Assembly: GCA_963789395.1 (NCBI GenBank)
Contig: CAWBKP010000021.1
Coordinates: 96,001 to 160,000 of the forward strand
Origin: an uncultured delta proteobacterium
GTDB taxonomy: Bacteria > Desulfobacterota > Desulfobacteria > Desulfobacterales > Desulfatirhabdiaceae
Direction of reading: 5' to 3'
Length of the DNA stretch: 64,000 nt
Part shown: piece after piece, positions 9,296 to 21,136 of the stretch
Layout: every line of letters begins with the position of its first letter
How positions within the stretch are numbered: the stretch's first letter is position 1
The notes under the pieces: generated by a model
Told to the model about the DNA's origin: nothing
The model's input: only the letters and a program-made list of their open reading frames with translations
The model's database searches: none
Made by a program: the position numbers and the translations under genes

Positions 9296-11035
9296 CTACC
9301 TGCAGACGAACTGCATTTCATAGAGTTTGTGGTATTCCCCCTGTCTGGCCATCAGATCATCATGGGACCCCTGTTCAATGATCTGGCCATTCACAATAAC
9401 GATAATCCGGTCGGCATATCCGATGGTTGAGAGTCTGTGGGCGATGACAAAGGTGGTGCGGCCTTTCATGAGATTTTCCAGGGCTTTTTGCACCAGCATT
9501 TCGGATTCCGAATCGAGCGATGATGTCGCCTCATCCAGAATCAAAATGGGAGCGTTTTTTAAAAGGGCTCTTGCAATGCACAGCCGCTGTTTTTCGCCGC
9601 CGGAAAGACGGCTGCCCAGCTCGCCGATGGACGTGTCGAACTGCCTGGGAAGGCGCTCGATAAAATCATAGGCAAAGGCTGCCTTGGCAGCGGACACTAT
9701 GTCCGAAAAAGGGGCCAGGGTGTTGCCATAGGCGATGTTGTTGCCAATGGTGTCGTTAAACAGAATGGGTTCCTGCGTCACGATGGCGATCTGTTCGCGA
9801 AGGGACTTCAGGGATGCCTTGCGGATATCGGTTTCATCCACCCGGATGACGCCCTCTGTAACGTCATAAAACCTGGGGATTAAATTGACAAGGGTTGTTT
9901 TTCCGCCGCCGCTCATGCCGACCAGTGCCAGAATTTCACCGGCGTTGACCGTCAGGTTGATGCTCTTTAACACCTGGGTCTCATCGTAACGAAATCCGAC
10001 GTTTTCAAAGGATACGGCATGCGGGCAAAACGGAATCTCGACAGGATGATCGGTTTCCTGAATATCCGAGCGTTTTTCGATGATGTCAAAGGCCCTGTCC
10101 GCTGCGGCCAGACCTTCCTGGATGGAGTTGTTCAGGCTGCTCAGTTTTCTTACCGGGTCATAGAGCATCAAGACTGCCGCCATGAAAGAAAAAAAAGTTC
10201 CGGCAGTGGACTCCCCGCTGATGACCCGATATCCGCCATACCAGATAATGAAGGCAATTCCCAGCCCGGCCAGACATTCCATGACGGGTGAAGAAAGCGA
10301 ACGGGCAATGACTGCCTTCATTTCCAGACGAAAGAGGTTGAGCGTCTTTTCATGAAACCGCTGTTTTTCATAGGATTCCATGCCGAATGCTTTGACGATT
10401 TTATTTCCCGAAAACGTTTCATGCAAAAAAGAATTCAGTTCCGCCATGGATTCCTGGCACCCGGTGCTGACGCGCCTGACGCGCCTGCCGAACTGAACGA
10501 TGGGCAGAAAGGCGACGGGTAGAATGATGATGGCGTATAGAGCCAGCTTCCAGTCCCGGTAAAATATCACGCCCGTAAGACCGATAACGGTAAAACAGTC
10601 CCGCAGCACACTGGTGACGGCCGTGGATACCATGGATTTGATGATATTGACGTCATTTGTGATCCGCGACATCAGTACACCGGTTTTTTCCGCATGAAAA
10701 AAAGACAGCGGCAGATCCTGAATATGATCGTAGAGCATATCCCGAAGCCTGCGGACGATTCCCTGGCCCACATAACTCATAAGATATTCCTGGCCGTACA
10801 TGCCAAATCCGCGGAGCAGGTAGATCACGATGACGGCAACGGGAATCAATGTGAGCATCCGGACATTCTTGTTGAAAAAAATATCATCCAGTACCGGTTT
10901 CACCAGAAAGGCGGTTGCGGAAGTTGCCGCCGCCATGACCAGCATGCACAGCATGGCCAGAAAAAGCCGGAGCCGGTTGTCTTTTATCAAATCAAAGATG
11001 CGCTTGTGTCGGTTTTTGAGCAGGGGGCGAATCAT
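9296..11035 (-). CDS. msbA: Lipid A export ABC transporter MsbA
   Basis: TM domain plus GMSGGGKTT, LSGGEKQR, LDEATSSLD; directly downstream of lpxB. Confidence 0.9.
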   Translation of the reverse strand: MIRPLLKNRHKRIFDLIKDNRLRLFLAMLCMLVMAAATSATAFLVKPVLDDIFFNKNVRMLTLIPVAVIVIYLLRGFGMYGQEYLMSYVGQGIVRRLRDMLYDHIQDLPLSFFHAEKTGVLMSRITNDVNIIKSMVSTAVTSVLRDCFTVIGLTGVIFYRDWKLALYAIIILPVAFLPIVQFGRRVRRVSTGCQESMAELNSFLHETFSGNKIVKAFGMESYEKQRFHEKTLNLFRLEMKAVIARSLSSPVMECLAGLGIAFIIWYGGYRVISGESTAGTFFSFMAAVLMLYDPVRKLSSLNNSIQEGLAAADRAFDIIEKRSDIQETDHPVEIPFCPHAVSFENVGFRYDETQVLKSINLTVNAGEILALVGMSGGGKTTLVNLIPRFYDVTEGVIRVDETDIRKASLKSLREQIAIVTQEPILFNDTIGNNIAYGNTLAPFSDIVSAAKAAFAYDFIERLPRQFDTSIGELGSRLSGGEKQRLCIARALLKNAPILILDEATSSLDSESEMLVQKALENLMKGRTTFVIAHRLSTIGYADRIIVIVNGQIIEQGSHDDLMARQGEYHKLYEMQFVCR

Positions 11036-11044
11036 TTAAAATCC

Positions 11045-11115
11045 GTGAGAGGGTGAAAATGTGAGAACGTGAGAGCGGAAAATGGTTGCCATTTTACGTT
11101 CTCACGTTCTTACGG
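11045..11115. repeat. Octamer-periodic inverted hairpin overlapping the lpxB 3' end
   Basis: gtgagagg-gtgaaaat-gtgagaac-gtgagagc, central aaaatgg-ttg-ccatttt, then complementary gttctcac-gttcttac. Confidence 0.6.
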
Positions 11116-12255
11116 TTCTTAAGCATATTCAGGGCAATATCGGCAACCCGGGAAGAGGCTCCCGGGCCGCCAAGCCGGTATCTGACATTTTCAAAGGCAA
11201 GGCGGATGGCATCCAGTGCAGACGGATTGCTGACAAGCCTCAGTACGGTTTCGGCAATCAATTCAGGCGATGCCTGATCCTGAATAAGCTCGGGGACAAT
11301 TTCCCTTTCCGCGATCAGGTTTACCAGCCCGATGTTGTTAACCTTGATCAGGGCTTTGCCCAGCCGGTAACTTAGCGGTGAAACTTTATAGATGATGATG
11401 ACAGGGGTTCCGGCAATCGCTGCTTCCAGGGTTACGGTTCCGGAGGCAGCGACAACCAGATGGGTTTTGGCAAATACGGATCTGGCCCCATCGGAATCAA
11501 TTTCCAGGCTCAGTTCATTCAGAAAGGGAAGGCATAGGGCTTTTATGATGTCGTGTGGCGCTCCGGGGGCCATTGAAACTACAAACCGGATATCCATCCG
11601 CCTGGATAGAATTCCGGCTGCCTGGAGCATGACCGGAAGATGACGGACAATCTCGCTTTCCCTGGACCCGGGCAGAAGGCCGATGACGGGCGGGCAGCCC
11701 TTCAAGGGAGGCTCTGGAGATGGCAGCGGCCCCCTGAACTCATCCAGCAGCGGATGGCCGACAAAAGTTACCGGAATATGATGTTTGCGGTAAAAAGAGG
11801 CTTCAAACGGCAGAATAACCGCGATATGATCCACTAGTCGGCCGATTTTCGTGACCCTTCCGGATCGCCATGCCCAGATCTGCGGGCTGATATAGAAAAG
11901 AACCGGTATGCGCAATTTTTTGGCGATTGCAGCCATCCTCAGATTAAAATCCGGGAAATCAATCAGAATCAAGAGATCCGGGCGCGTGTTTTTCAGATAC
12001 GATCTGGCGGCAGCCATGCCGCTGAGGATACCGGGCAGTTTTGAAAAGACTTCGGTGATCCCGACAACCGATAAGGTTGCGGCATCCACAAGAATTTCGA
12101 CGCCGGCATCCTGCATGGCCTTGCCGCCGATGCCGCTGCAGACAATATGCGGGGAGAGTTTCCTGCAGCGCTTTGACCAGATTTGCCCCGTGAAGGTCTC
12201 CGGAAGCTTCGCCGGCAATTAAGAAAATACGGTGCGCTCTGTTGGACGGATTCAT
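11094..12255 (-). CDS. lpxB: Lipid-A-disaccharide synthase, frameshifted near 12160
   Basis: IAGEASGDLHGA in ORF 11959-12255; DFPDFN, PQIWAWR, FVGHPL, LPGSR, SGTVTLE in ORF 11094-12218. Confidence 0.93.
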
Positions 12256-12264
12256 AAGAAGCGG

Positions 12265-13233
12265 TTAAGTTGCATAGCGGGTGCTGGTGGCCTGAATCTG
12301 ATCCATGATGTGCAGGGCGATTTTCAGGGCATCGCGGCCCATCTGGCCGGTAACTTCGGGTTGCTGGCGAAGGGATACGGCTTTTACAAAGGCTGTCAGT
12401 TCATCTTCCAGGGCGTCGCCTTTTAGAAAGGATAGCTTCTGAATTTCAGCACCGGGGACAATGCCGCCGGATGAGGTGCCGTTCTTTCGAATCAGCGTAA
12501 TGTCATGGTTGGCAAAATCCACGGAAACGTAGGCGTCTTTTTGAAAAAGGCGGATTTTTCGCTCGTTTTTTGTGGAAATCCGACTTGCGGTGACATTGGC
12601 GACACATCCGGTCTCAAAGGACAGACGCGCGTTTGCGATGTCTACATGACTGGATATCACCGAAATTCCGGAAGCATGGATGCTCTTGATATCGGACTTG
12701 ACGAAATTCAGGATGATATCGATATCATGAATCATCAGATCCAGAACCACGCTGACGTCGGTGCACCTGGCTTTGAACATGCTGAGCCGGTGGGATTCGA
12801 TGAACATGGGTTTTTTGACGACGCCCTGCAATGCCGCAACTGCCGGGTTAAACCGTTCCAGATGCCCGACCTGGACAATCAGCCCTCTGGATTCAGACAG
12901 GTGAATCAGTTCATCGGCTTCTTCAAGGGAAGTGGTAATCGGTTTTTCAATCAGGACATCGATATCGTTTTCCAGAAAATTTCGGCTGACGACAAAATGC
13001 TCAGGGGTCGGCACGGCAATGCTGACGGCATCCACTTTTCCGATCAGATCCCGGTGATCGTAAAATGCCCGCGTGTTGAATTGTGAGGCGATTCCATCCG
13101 CCAGGCTGCGTTGGGTGTCCACGACGCCAACCAGATCCACGTGTTCCATTGCCGCATATTTTTCAGCATGGAATTTTCCCAGGTACCCGACGCCAATGAC
13201 TCCCAATCGTATTTTTTTCATATCGGTCAACAA
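12265..13233 (-). CDS. Gfo/Idh/MocA oxidoreductase, GnnA-like by position
   Basis: GVGYLG, IEKP, GHLERFNP, DLMIHDID; lies between lpxA and lpxB. Confidence 0.85.
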   Translation of the reverse strand: MLTDMKKIRLGVIGVGYLGKFHAEKYAAMEHVDLVGVVDTQRSLADGIASQFNTRAFYDHRDLIGKVDAVSIAVPTPEHFVVSRNFLENDIDVLIEKPITTSLEEADELIHLSESRGLIVQVGHLERFNPAVAALQGVVKKPMFIESHRLSMFKARCTDVSVVLDLMIHDIDIILNFVKSDIKSIHASGISVISSHVDIANARLSFETGCVANVTASRISTKNERKIRLFQKDAYVSVDFANHDITLIRKNGTSSGGIVPGAEIQKLSFLKGDALEDELTAFVKAVSLRQQPEVTGQMGRDALKIALHIMDQIQATSTRYAT

Positions 13234-13238
13234 GATCG

Positions 13239-14027
13239 CTAATCCTTGCTTTTGCCGCAGCGGGTGACGCCCCGCTGGGATGATTTGATAAAGTCAATAA
13301 ACTGAACGACTTCCGGGATCTGATCCACTTCGGCCTTAGCCCTTTCGATGGCTTCGTTCAGGGTTAAACCGATTCGAAAAATGATGCGATAGGCTTTTTT
13401 TAAAGCGGACAAAGTTGCCGGGGTAAAACCATGCCGTTTCAATCCAACCGAGTTCAAGCTGTGCAATGCGGCCCGATCACCGGCGGCGATCACAAAAGGC
13501 GGGACGTCCTTGACAACGGCGGAAGCACCGCCTACAAAAGCATAATCGCCGATTCGGACAAACTGATGGATGGCGACAATCCCGCCGATGGTGGCGTAAT
13601 TGCCAATGGTGATATGGCCGGCCAGGGTGGCTGCGTTTGCCAGGATCACATTATGGCCTGTGATGCAATCGTGGGCGATGTGGCAATACGCCATGATAAA
13701 ATTTTCTTCACCCACTTGGGTGATTCCCCCGCCGGAAACCGTTCCGCGATTGATCGTGACGAATTCCCGGATAGTGGTTCCCCGTCCGATAGTCAGCAGG
13801 GTTTTCTCTCCTTCGAATTTAAGGGACTGGGGAATCGCTCCGACGGATGCAAACTGAAAAATGCGGCAGTTTTCGCCGATACTCGAATAGGGATCAATCA
13901 CAACATGCGGTCCAATTTCAGTGCCATCGCCGATACGGACATGATCCGCGACAACGGAATAGGCGCCGATCGTCACATTGGCACCTATTTCAGCTTTGGG
14001 ACCGATAATTGCGGTAGGGTGAATCAT
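13239..14027 (-). CDS. lpxA: UDP-N-acetylglucosamine acyltransferase
   Basis: IHPTAII, hexapeptide repeats, [25 protein letters not shown]. Confidence 0.95.
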   Translation of the reverse strand: MIHPTAIIGPKAEIGANVTIGAYSVVADHVRIGDGTEIGPHVVIDPYSSIGENCRIFQFASVGAIPQSLKFEGEKTLLTIGRGTTIREFVTINRGTVSGGGITQVGEENFIMAYCHIAHDCITGHNVILANAATLAGHITIGNYATIGGIVAIHQFVRIGDYAFVGGASAVVKDVPPFVIAAGDRAALHSLNSVGLKRHGFTPATLSALKKAYRIIFRIGLTLNEAIERAKAEVDQIPEVVQFIDFIKSSQRGVTRCGKSKD

Positions 14028-14485
14028 ACACTGTCTCCATAAGTGGCCATTAATTCAGCTTCAGCCGCCAGTTTTTCACCGACCATGGCTGTTGCGGATA
14101 TTTTTACGACATGAGATTGTTTTAAGGCATTCGATCGTTTTTTTATAATTTTGACTTCCAGAATCAATTGATCTCCGGGGGTTACCGGTATGCGGAATCT
14201 GACGTGATCAAATCCCATAAAGTAAACGGCACTGGGCATTTTGTTACGCGGCAGATCCGACAGGATCAGAACACCGCCTGCCTGCCCCATTGCCTCAACG
14301 ATCAAAACGCCGGGCATAACTGGCGTAGCCGGAAAATGCCCGGTAAAAAAAGGCTCATTGATGGTGACATTTTTTAATGCCGTCAATTTTTCTCCCGGAA
14401 CCAGATCGATGATCCGATCGATCAACAGCATGGGATACCGGTGCGGCAGCAGCGCTAAGATTTCAGAGATATCCATGACAGGCAC
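14024..14485 (-). CDS. fabZ: 3-hydroxyacyl-ACP dehydratase
   Basis: [32 protein letters not shown]. Confidence 0.95.
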   Translation of the reverse strand: MPVMDISEILALLPHRYPMLLIDRIIDLVPGEKLTALKNVTINEPFFTGHFPATPVMPGVLIVEAMGQAGGVLILSDLPRNKMPSAVYFMGFDHVRFRIPVTPGDQLILEVKIIKKRSNALKQSHVVKISATAMVGEKLAAEAELMATYGDSV

Positions 14486-14489
14486 GATA

Positions 14490-15533
14490 TTATGTCTCCA
14501 TGTTTTTCAGGGTGGTCGCAATTTCATTCAGCCGCTTTTCCATTTCGCCCAGTTTCTTTTTGATCTCGGGGAGCCTTGGAATGATCCGCTGAACCCTCAG
14601 CCATAGTTTATGAGGCATTTCCGGTGATCCGGAAACGGTTACACCGTCGGGAATGGAACCGGCTATGCCGGCCTGGGGCCCGATGGTCACCCGGTCGCCG
14701 ATCGTCAGATGACCCGACACCCCGACCTGGCCTGCCAGTATGCTTTGCCTGCCGATGCGCGTGCTTCCGGAAACACCGACCTGGGCCACCAGAAGGGTGT
14801 TTTCTCCCACGGTAACATTATGGCCGATGTGTACCAGATTGTCGGTTTTAACGCCTTTTTGAATCCAGGTTTTTCCGTAAGTTGCGCGATCGATGGTGTT
14901 TCCCGCCCCGATCTCGACATCATCGTCTATCTGTACAATTCCCAGGTGGGGAATTTTGTGATAGGTGCCATCATCGGGCGTAAATCCGAATCCGTCGCCT
15001 CCGATGACGGTTCCCGCATTTATGGTCACGCGGTTGCCGATCCGGGTGCCGTTCAATATGGTGACGTTGGGGAAAATTTCCACATCGTTGCCAATGACGA
15101 CATGGTCTCCCAGAACCACATGGGGATGAAGGATTACCCGATCTCCAAGGCAGGCATGATCCTGAACTACGGCATAAGGTGCGATGGCGATCCCTTTTCC
15201 CATCTGGACATGCTGGCCGATATGGGCGGCGGGGCTGATACCGGACCATGCCGGAGATGACGGGTGAAACATTCGAACCACGATGGAAAAAGCAAGCTGA
15301 GGGTTCTTGACCCGAATAACGCGGTCATCTTCACCCGGAAAATCAAAAGGAACCAGGATGGCGCCGGCTCCGGTGTCATGAAGCCTTTTGAGAAATTTGG
15401 GGCTGCCGGCAAAGGTGATATCACAACCATCCGCGTTTTCAAACGGCGCAACGCCTGTAATGCATTGCTGGCCATGCCCCTGAATTCGGCCCTGAACCCG
15501 CGAGGCAATCTGGTCAATCGTCAACTTCATCAC
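14490..15533 (-). CDS. lpxD: UDP-3-O-acylglucosamine N-acyltransferase
   Basis: [23 protein letters not shown], hexapeptide repeats. Confidence 0.95.
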   Translation of the reverse strand: MMKLTIDQIASRVQGRIQGHGQQCITGVAPFENADGCDITFAGSPKFLKRLHDTGAGAILVPFDFPGEDDRVIRVKNPQLAFSIVVRMFHPSSPAWSGISPAAHIGQHVQMGKGIAIAPYAVVQDHACLGDRVILHPHVVLGDHVVIGNDVEIFPNVTILNGTRIGNRVTINAGTVIGGDGFGFTPDDGTYHKIPHLGIVQIDDDVEIGAGNTIDRATYGKTWIQKGVKTDNLVHIGHNVTVGENTLLVAQVGVSGSTRIGRQSILAGQVGVSGHLTIGDRVTIGPQAGIAGSIPDGVTVSGSPEMPHKLWLRVQRIIPRLPEIKKKLGEMEKRLNEIATTLKNMET

Positions 15534-15542
15534 AATCAGCCT

Positions 15543-16112
15543 TTATTTTTTCTTTTTTTCTGGTGCTGCCGATGTTTCTTCCGGCTTCGGGGCCTGGGTA
15601 TTGTAAATCTGAATCACGGCATCGGTGATATCAATGGACAAGGGGGCATAGACAACGCCGCCGGTCCGCTTTTCGACTATCAGCGTATAGCCTTCTTTTT
15701 TTCCGATATCCTGAACCAGCTCCACGACTTCTTTCTGGATCCGGCTGATAATTCGCGTTTCCAGCGCTTTGAAATCTTCCATGTATTTCTGCTGAAGTGC
15801 CTTGAAATCGCCGATCTTGATTCTGATTTCCCGTTGTTTCTCATCCCGGACTTCTTTGCTCATGACCAGAGATTCTTTGTCGATCTTTTTTTCAATTTCT
15901 TCAATCTCGGCGCCTCTGTTTTTAAGATCGGATTCCATCAGTTTTCCCTGGTTGTTGATCTCGGCCTGAGCGGTTTTGCCGGCGTTTGAAATCTCAAGGA
16001 TTTTCTGGAAATCCACGACGCCTATTTTGGTGACGTCAGCCGCGGATGATATTCCTGTCAGAAAGAAAAAAGATAATACTCCAACAGCCAGAATGTTTTT
16101 CATCATGTTCAT
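15543..16112 (-). CDS. skp: Skp/OmpH periplasmic chaperone
   Basis: Signal peptide, KIGVVDFQKIL, coiled coil, DITDAVI; between bamA and lpxD. Confidence 0.9.
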   Translation of the reverse strand: MNMMKNILAVGVLSFFFLTGISSAADVTKIGVVDFQKILEISNAGKTAQAEINNQGKLMESDLKNRGAEIEEIEKKIDKESLVMSKEVRDEKQREIRIKIGDFKALQQKYMEDFKALETRIISRIQKEVVELVQDIGKKEGYTLIVEKRTGGVVYAPLSIDITDAVIQIYNTQAPKPEETSAAPEKKKK

Positions 16113-16280
16113 TTGCTAAAACCCCTTTCAGATATATGGTGCGTGTTTGTATGGAAAATGTCGGAATGCAGCCGGCCCGGTAAAGGTCCGGTTCAGATGC
16201 ACGATACTTTAACTGTTCAGTCAGTTGTTTGTTAAAACTCCTTTGTCCCGTGTTGCAGGCGAATCGGGGCCGGTGTTTTA

Positions 16281-19000
16281 TCAGAAGGCCTGGCCCATGG
16301 TAAATTCCCAGCGGCCGCTTGAGCTCTCACCGTTTTGCGGATTGATAATAAAGCCGTTTTCCAGCCGGATGGGTCCTAACGGAGAATACCAGCGGAAACC
16401 AAAGCCTGCGTCCTGGCGCAGATTGTTCAAGTCAATGTCTTGACCATTGTCGTAGTTGTTGCCGGTGTCAAAAAATACGACACCCATCAAACCGATGTCT
16501 TTTATGAGCGGGAAAATATATTCAATGTTGAACACGATAAATTTATCGCCGCCGTATGCATTGCCAAATGCATCTTTCGGACTCAGTTCATCCCAGCTAA
16601 ACCCGCGCATCGAATTGATGCCGCCGATATAAAATCGGTCATATGGCGGCAGCAACTCGCCATCGTGCTCCTGAACGTAACCGGTCTTGACATGCAGAGA
16701 TCCCACCGTGCTCCAGAACAGCGGAAAATATCTGCCGGCTTCTCCCAGATATTTGGTATAGCCGATAGTGCCGCCCAGAAACCCGCCTGCATATTCTGTT
16801 GATGCCATGATGGTGGAACCTTCGGTCGGGTTGAAGGCTTTGTCTCTGGAATCATAGCGGATGGCTGGCGTAATACTGCTGGTGATATTCGTTCCGGCCA
16901 GCGGCCTGAAATAGGGAGATAGCATGGCTTGTTCGGTCAGATTGTACATGTCGCTGACGACATATCCATACGTCAGATAGGCCCGGGTGAAGTCATAAAC
17001 TTTATACCCGAAGCGAAGATTGCCGCCGATGGATTTCAGATCGTAGCTGTCATAGTCTCTGTACAGGTTAAACAGATCAATTCCTGCCGACAGCGGTATG
17101 TCAAACAGCCACGGTTCGGTAAAGGATATGTCGTACGAGGTGGTTCTGCCGCCGACTTCGGCCTTTAGTTTCAGCTGCTCTCCTAAACCGAACAGATTTC
17201 GCTGGGCGATGGAGCCGACTACGAACATATTCTCCACCGTGCTGTAACCGCCGCCGACGCTGAATGTGCCCGTGGGTTTTTCTTTGACGGCAATGTCCAG
17301 AATCATTTTGTCCGGTTCGCTTCCCTTGGTGGTGTTTACTTTAACATCTTCAAAAAAATCGAGTCGGTTAAGGTTCCGGATGCCGGCCTTTAACTTCTTG
17401 CCGTTGAATAATTCCTGTTCATAGATTTCGAGTTCACGGCGAATGACCTTGTCACGGGTTTTTGTGTTGCCGGAGATGCTGATTCTTTCAAAATAGACCA
17501 GACTGCCTTTTGAAATCGTATAGGTGATATTGACGACCAGTTTTTCATTGTCCTGGTCAATATTGGGAACAACATCCGCATTGGCATATCCTTCATCCGA
17601 ATAAAAATCCCCGATGACAATGATGTCATCCCGAAGAACCTGCCTGCTGAAGTATTCTTGTTTTGAGATTTTTATCATCTTCATCAGTTCTTCTTCCGTC
17701 TGAGAAGATCTCCGGCAATCCGGACATTGCCCACTTTGAAGCGCTTTCCTTCGTCGATTTTTATGGTGATATAAATCCAGTTTTCCTTGAATTCAATGAT
17801 GGGCTCACCGATTTTGGCCTGAATATATCCGTTGTTGTGATAGAAAGACGTCAGCAGTTCGACATCCTGATTCAGATCTTCCGTCTTGAGGTCTCCGGAT
17901 GAGGTTATCCAGGACCAGAAGCCTTTTTCAGTGGTTTTAATGATTTTTTTCAGTTGCTTGGAAGAATAGGCTTCGTTTCCCTCAAACAGGATTTCCTTGA
18001 TAAGAATTTTTTTACCTTCATCAATAATAAATTCAAGATCCGCCTGATTGTTGTCCTGTTCATGGATGACATAGGTCACTTTGACATTGTGGTAATTCTT
18101 CTCCTTGTACATGTCTTCTATACGTTTGATATTACTTTGAATTTTAAATATATTTAAAATGGAACCGGTTTTGATATCCAGACTTTTCAAAATCTTTTCA
18201 TCTTCAAAGATCAGGTTTCCCGTTTTAACAAGTTCATCTTTTTCCTCTTCTTTGAATGTCTTGCCGCCGGCATCTTTAGAGCTCTTGCCGCCCCTGATAT
18301 AGATCTGTCGTATGGTCGGTTTTTCCTTTACGACGAAAATAATGATTTTCCCAGCGGGGCTGTCTTCGGATTCAACCCGTACATCATCAAAATAGCCCAT
18401 GGCATAAATGGCCTTCATATCTTCGGATATATTCTTGTTCAGGACTATATCGCCCGGCTGGGTCTTGGCGATGCGTTTGATGGCGTCCTGCTCAATGCGT
18501 CGGTTCCCGATGATACGGACTTCTGCGACTTTTTCCCGTTTGAAAAGCCGTGAGCTGATGGCATCGGAAAGCGATTTGACGGCAGCGGGAAGGGTTTCAA
18601 TACCTTCTCCTTCGGAAAAAAATGAAGCCGGTGGTTTGTCTATGTGAACGTCAAGCATTTTGGCGTCCAGGCTGAAATTTTGTCCCAGCCAGGTCAGGCT
18701 TCCCCAGATGACCACATCGGCGTTTTTCTGGGAACCGAGCAATCGGATGGATTCAATCGTCGGCATGTTGCCCGATGATATTGCAGCGGCCGAATCCGGT
18801 TTGATAATGGTTGCCCCGGCCCTTTCCAGATGCACTTGAATGAGTTGCGGAACCTGATCTTTTAGATAGTCTAAATTTTGCTGTGAGAGAATTTCAAACG
18901 GCAATACCATTACCTGGATGCGCTCGGCGCCAAAACCCGTAACAGGAAAACTGCATAAGATACCGATAATGATGAGATATAACCGTTTTAACATATACAC
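16281..19000 (-). CDS. bamA: Outer membrane protein assembly factor BamA, frameshifted near 17700
   Basis: POTRA repeats (GNTKTRDKVIRRE), SFTEPWLF, SMRGF, WYSPLGPIR, terminal F; two abutting ORFs rejoin with one added base. Confidence 0.93.
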
Positions 19001-19003
19001 ACC

Positions 19004-19738
19004 TCAATTTGCTTCGACCAGTTTTCCGTCCAGGATCGTTACGCGTCTGGCCATAAGGGACGCCAGGTTCATATTATGTGTCACTACCACCATGGTCATG
19101 TTCAGTTCCCGATTTAACTCCGTGAACAGTTCATGCACCTGTTCGCTGTTTTTTTGATCCAGATTCCCGGTGGGTTCATCCGCCAGAAGCAGGGCCGGCT
19201 TTAAGACCAGCGCTCTGGCAAGGGCCACCCGCTGCTGTTCGCCCCCGGAAAGTTTTGTGACCCGCTGATGCAGTCTGCTCTTCAGGCCCACCCGCACCAG
19301 AATCGTTTCCGCAAGATTTTTGGCTCTGGATACGGATAATCCCTTGATGAGCGCCGGCATCATGGCATTTTCAATTGCGGTGAATTCCGGCAGCAGGTGA
19401 TGAAACTGGAACACAAAACCAATGGACGCATTTCTGAAACTCGCCAGTTGAAAAGGTTCCAGGTTGAATATGCTTTTCCCCTGAAACCATAAATTGCCGG
19501 AATCCGGGTGATCCAGCGTTCCCAGAATCTGGAGCAGGGTGGATTTGCCGATGCCGGATGCGCCGACAATGGCAACGGTTTCCCCGGCGTCAAGGGTGAG
19601 ATCAACTGCATTCAGGATATCAATCCGTGATCCGCTGCTGATAAAACTTTTTTTAAGGTCTCTTGCCAGAACAAGATGTTTTGCCGCTGGTTCATCTGTT
19701 TCCTTGCCGCCATTTCCCCGGCTGTTTTCCATGATCAA
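19004..19738 (-). CDS. lolD: Lipoprotein-releasing ABC ATPase LolD
   Basis: [34 protein letters not shown]. Confidence 0.9.
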   Translation of the reverse strand: MIMENSRGNGGKETDEPAAKHLVLARDLKKSFISSGSRIDILNAVDLTLDAGETVAIVGASGIGKSTLLQILGTLDHPDSGNLWFQGKSIFNLEPFQLASFRNASIGFVFQFHHLLPEFTAIENAMMPALIKGLSVSRAKNLAETILVRVGLKSRLHQRVTKLSGGEQQRVALARALVLKPALLLADEPTGNLDQKNSEQVHELFTELNRELNMTMVVVTHNMNLASLMARRVTILDGKLVEAN

Positions 19739-19878
19739 TCCAATCCATTCATTTCAATCTATATTCATCAAAAGCGTGACATGTCCAGCTTCAGCGGCAC
19801 GCCTCAGCAGGGTGGTGTTTGAAAAAAAAACGTATATCCACACACCGGTAAACGCGCCGCCTGCCGGGTAAAAAGCTG

Positions 19879-21114
19879 TCATCCATAACGGATCGCTTCA
19901 ACCGGATTAAGCCGTGAGGCCTGTCGGGCAGGATACAGCGTGGCGATAAAACAGATGATCAGAGAAGCCGTAGCAATTGAAACAACATCAAATGTTTTTA
20001 AGAGTACCGGAAGTTTGGTAATATAGTAAACATCTCCCGGAAGTTCAATGAATTTATAGCGCTCGAGGAGTTTACACAATACATATCCAAGGCTGACCCC
20101 CAGGGTGGTTCCGATCACGCCGATGGTCATGCCCTTAAACACAAAAATGCGCCGGATGCTTTTATCGGTTGCCCCCATGGCCTTTAAAATGGCGATGTCC
20201 TTTGTTTTTTCCATTACCATCATAATCAGGCTGCTGGCAATGTTAAAGGCAGCCACCATGATAATTAAGGCCAGAATGATAAACATGACGGTTTTTTCAA
20301 GCTTGAGGGCGGAAAACAAATTCCGGTTCATCTGCATCCAGTCTCTGCACCAATACGGAAAACCCAGCCGGCTGGAGATTGTTTCGGATATTTGCCGGGC
20401 CTGATATATATCGCTCACCCGAACCTCGATGCCGGTGATGGCATCCTCCATGTGGAGAAATTTCTGCGCGTCACTCAGGTGAATGTAGGCGATAGAGCCA
20501 TCATATTCATACATGCCGGATTCAAATTCGCCGACTACCTGAAAGCGTTTCATGACGGGTATCAGGCCGGCAGGAGAAATCATGCCGCGCGGAGACAGAA
20601 TGTGAATCATGTCACCCTTGGCAACCCCTAAATTCTTCATCAGTTCTTTGCCGAGAACAACCCCCGGGATATCCGCTGCAGACGGTTTTGCAGCGCTGCG
20701 CGGGGTCAGGGCGTTTAAGCCATCCGGGCCGATCGATGTGATGACCTTACCGGCGGTTTCCGGCACAATGCCTCTGATGACAGCGCCTGACATTCCCGAT
20801 GCGGACCGGATCATAACCTGGGACAAAATAAAGGGCGTAGAAGCTTCCACGCCGGTGACACTGTTGATCCACCCGTCGATCTTGGCGTAGTCCGTAAAGC
20901 TGCCGCCATGCCGCATCACTACGATATGGGATTCTACGCTCAGAATCCGGGACTTCAGATCTGACTCGAATCCGGCCATCACGGCAATGACAATGATGAG
21001 CGCCATCACGCCGACCGTGACCCCGGCAATGGACAGCAGGGTAATCAGGGAGATGAACGCCTCTTTTTGTTTGGCCCGAAGATAGCGGGCGCCGATAAAT
21101 AATTCAAACTGCAT
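19879..21114 (-). CDS. lolE: Lipoprotein-releasing permease LolC/E family
   Basis: RYLRAKQKEAFIS, VMAGFE, VAAFNI, IAILKAMGA, YPARQAS. Confidence 0.9.
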   Translation of the reverse strand: MQFELFIGARYLRAKQKEAFISLITLLSIAGVTVGVMALIIVIAVMAGFESDLKSRILSVESHIVVMRHGGSFTDYAKIDGWINSVTGVEASTPFILSQVMIRSASGMSGAVIRGIVPETAGKVITSIGPDGLNALTPRSAAKPSAADIPGVVLGKELMKNLGVAKGDMIHILSPRGMISPAGLIPVMKRFQVVGEFESGMYEYDGSIAYIHLSDAQKFLHMEDAITGIEVRVSDIYQARQISETISSRLGFPYWCRDWMQMNRNLFSALKLEKTVMFIILALIIMVAAFNIASSLIMMVMEKTKDIAILKAMGATDKSIRRIFVFKGMTIGVIGTTLGVSLGYVLCKLLERYKFIELPGDVYYITKLPVLLKTFDVVSIATASLIICFIATLYPARQASRLNPVEAIRYG

Positions 21115-21136
21115 CGCTGTATTTCACATTGAGGGG

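Noticed and set aside
16281..19000. bamA (and lpxB, pilC) as true pseudogenes or split genes
   Set aside because: One-base corrections restore continuous proteins, and such indels occur throughout the window
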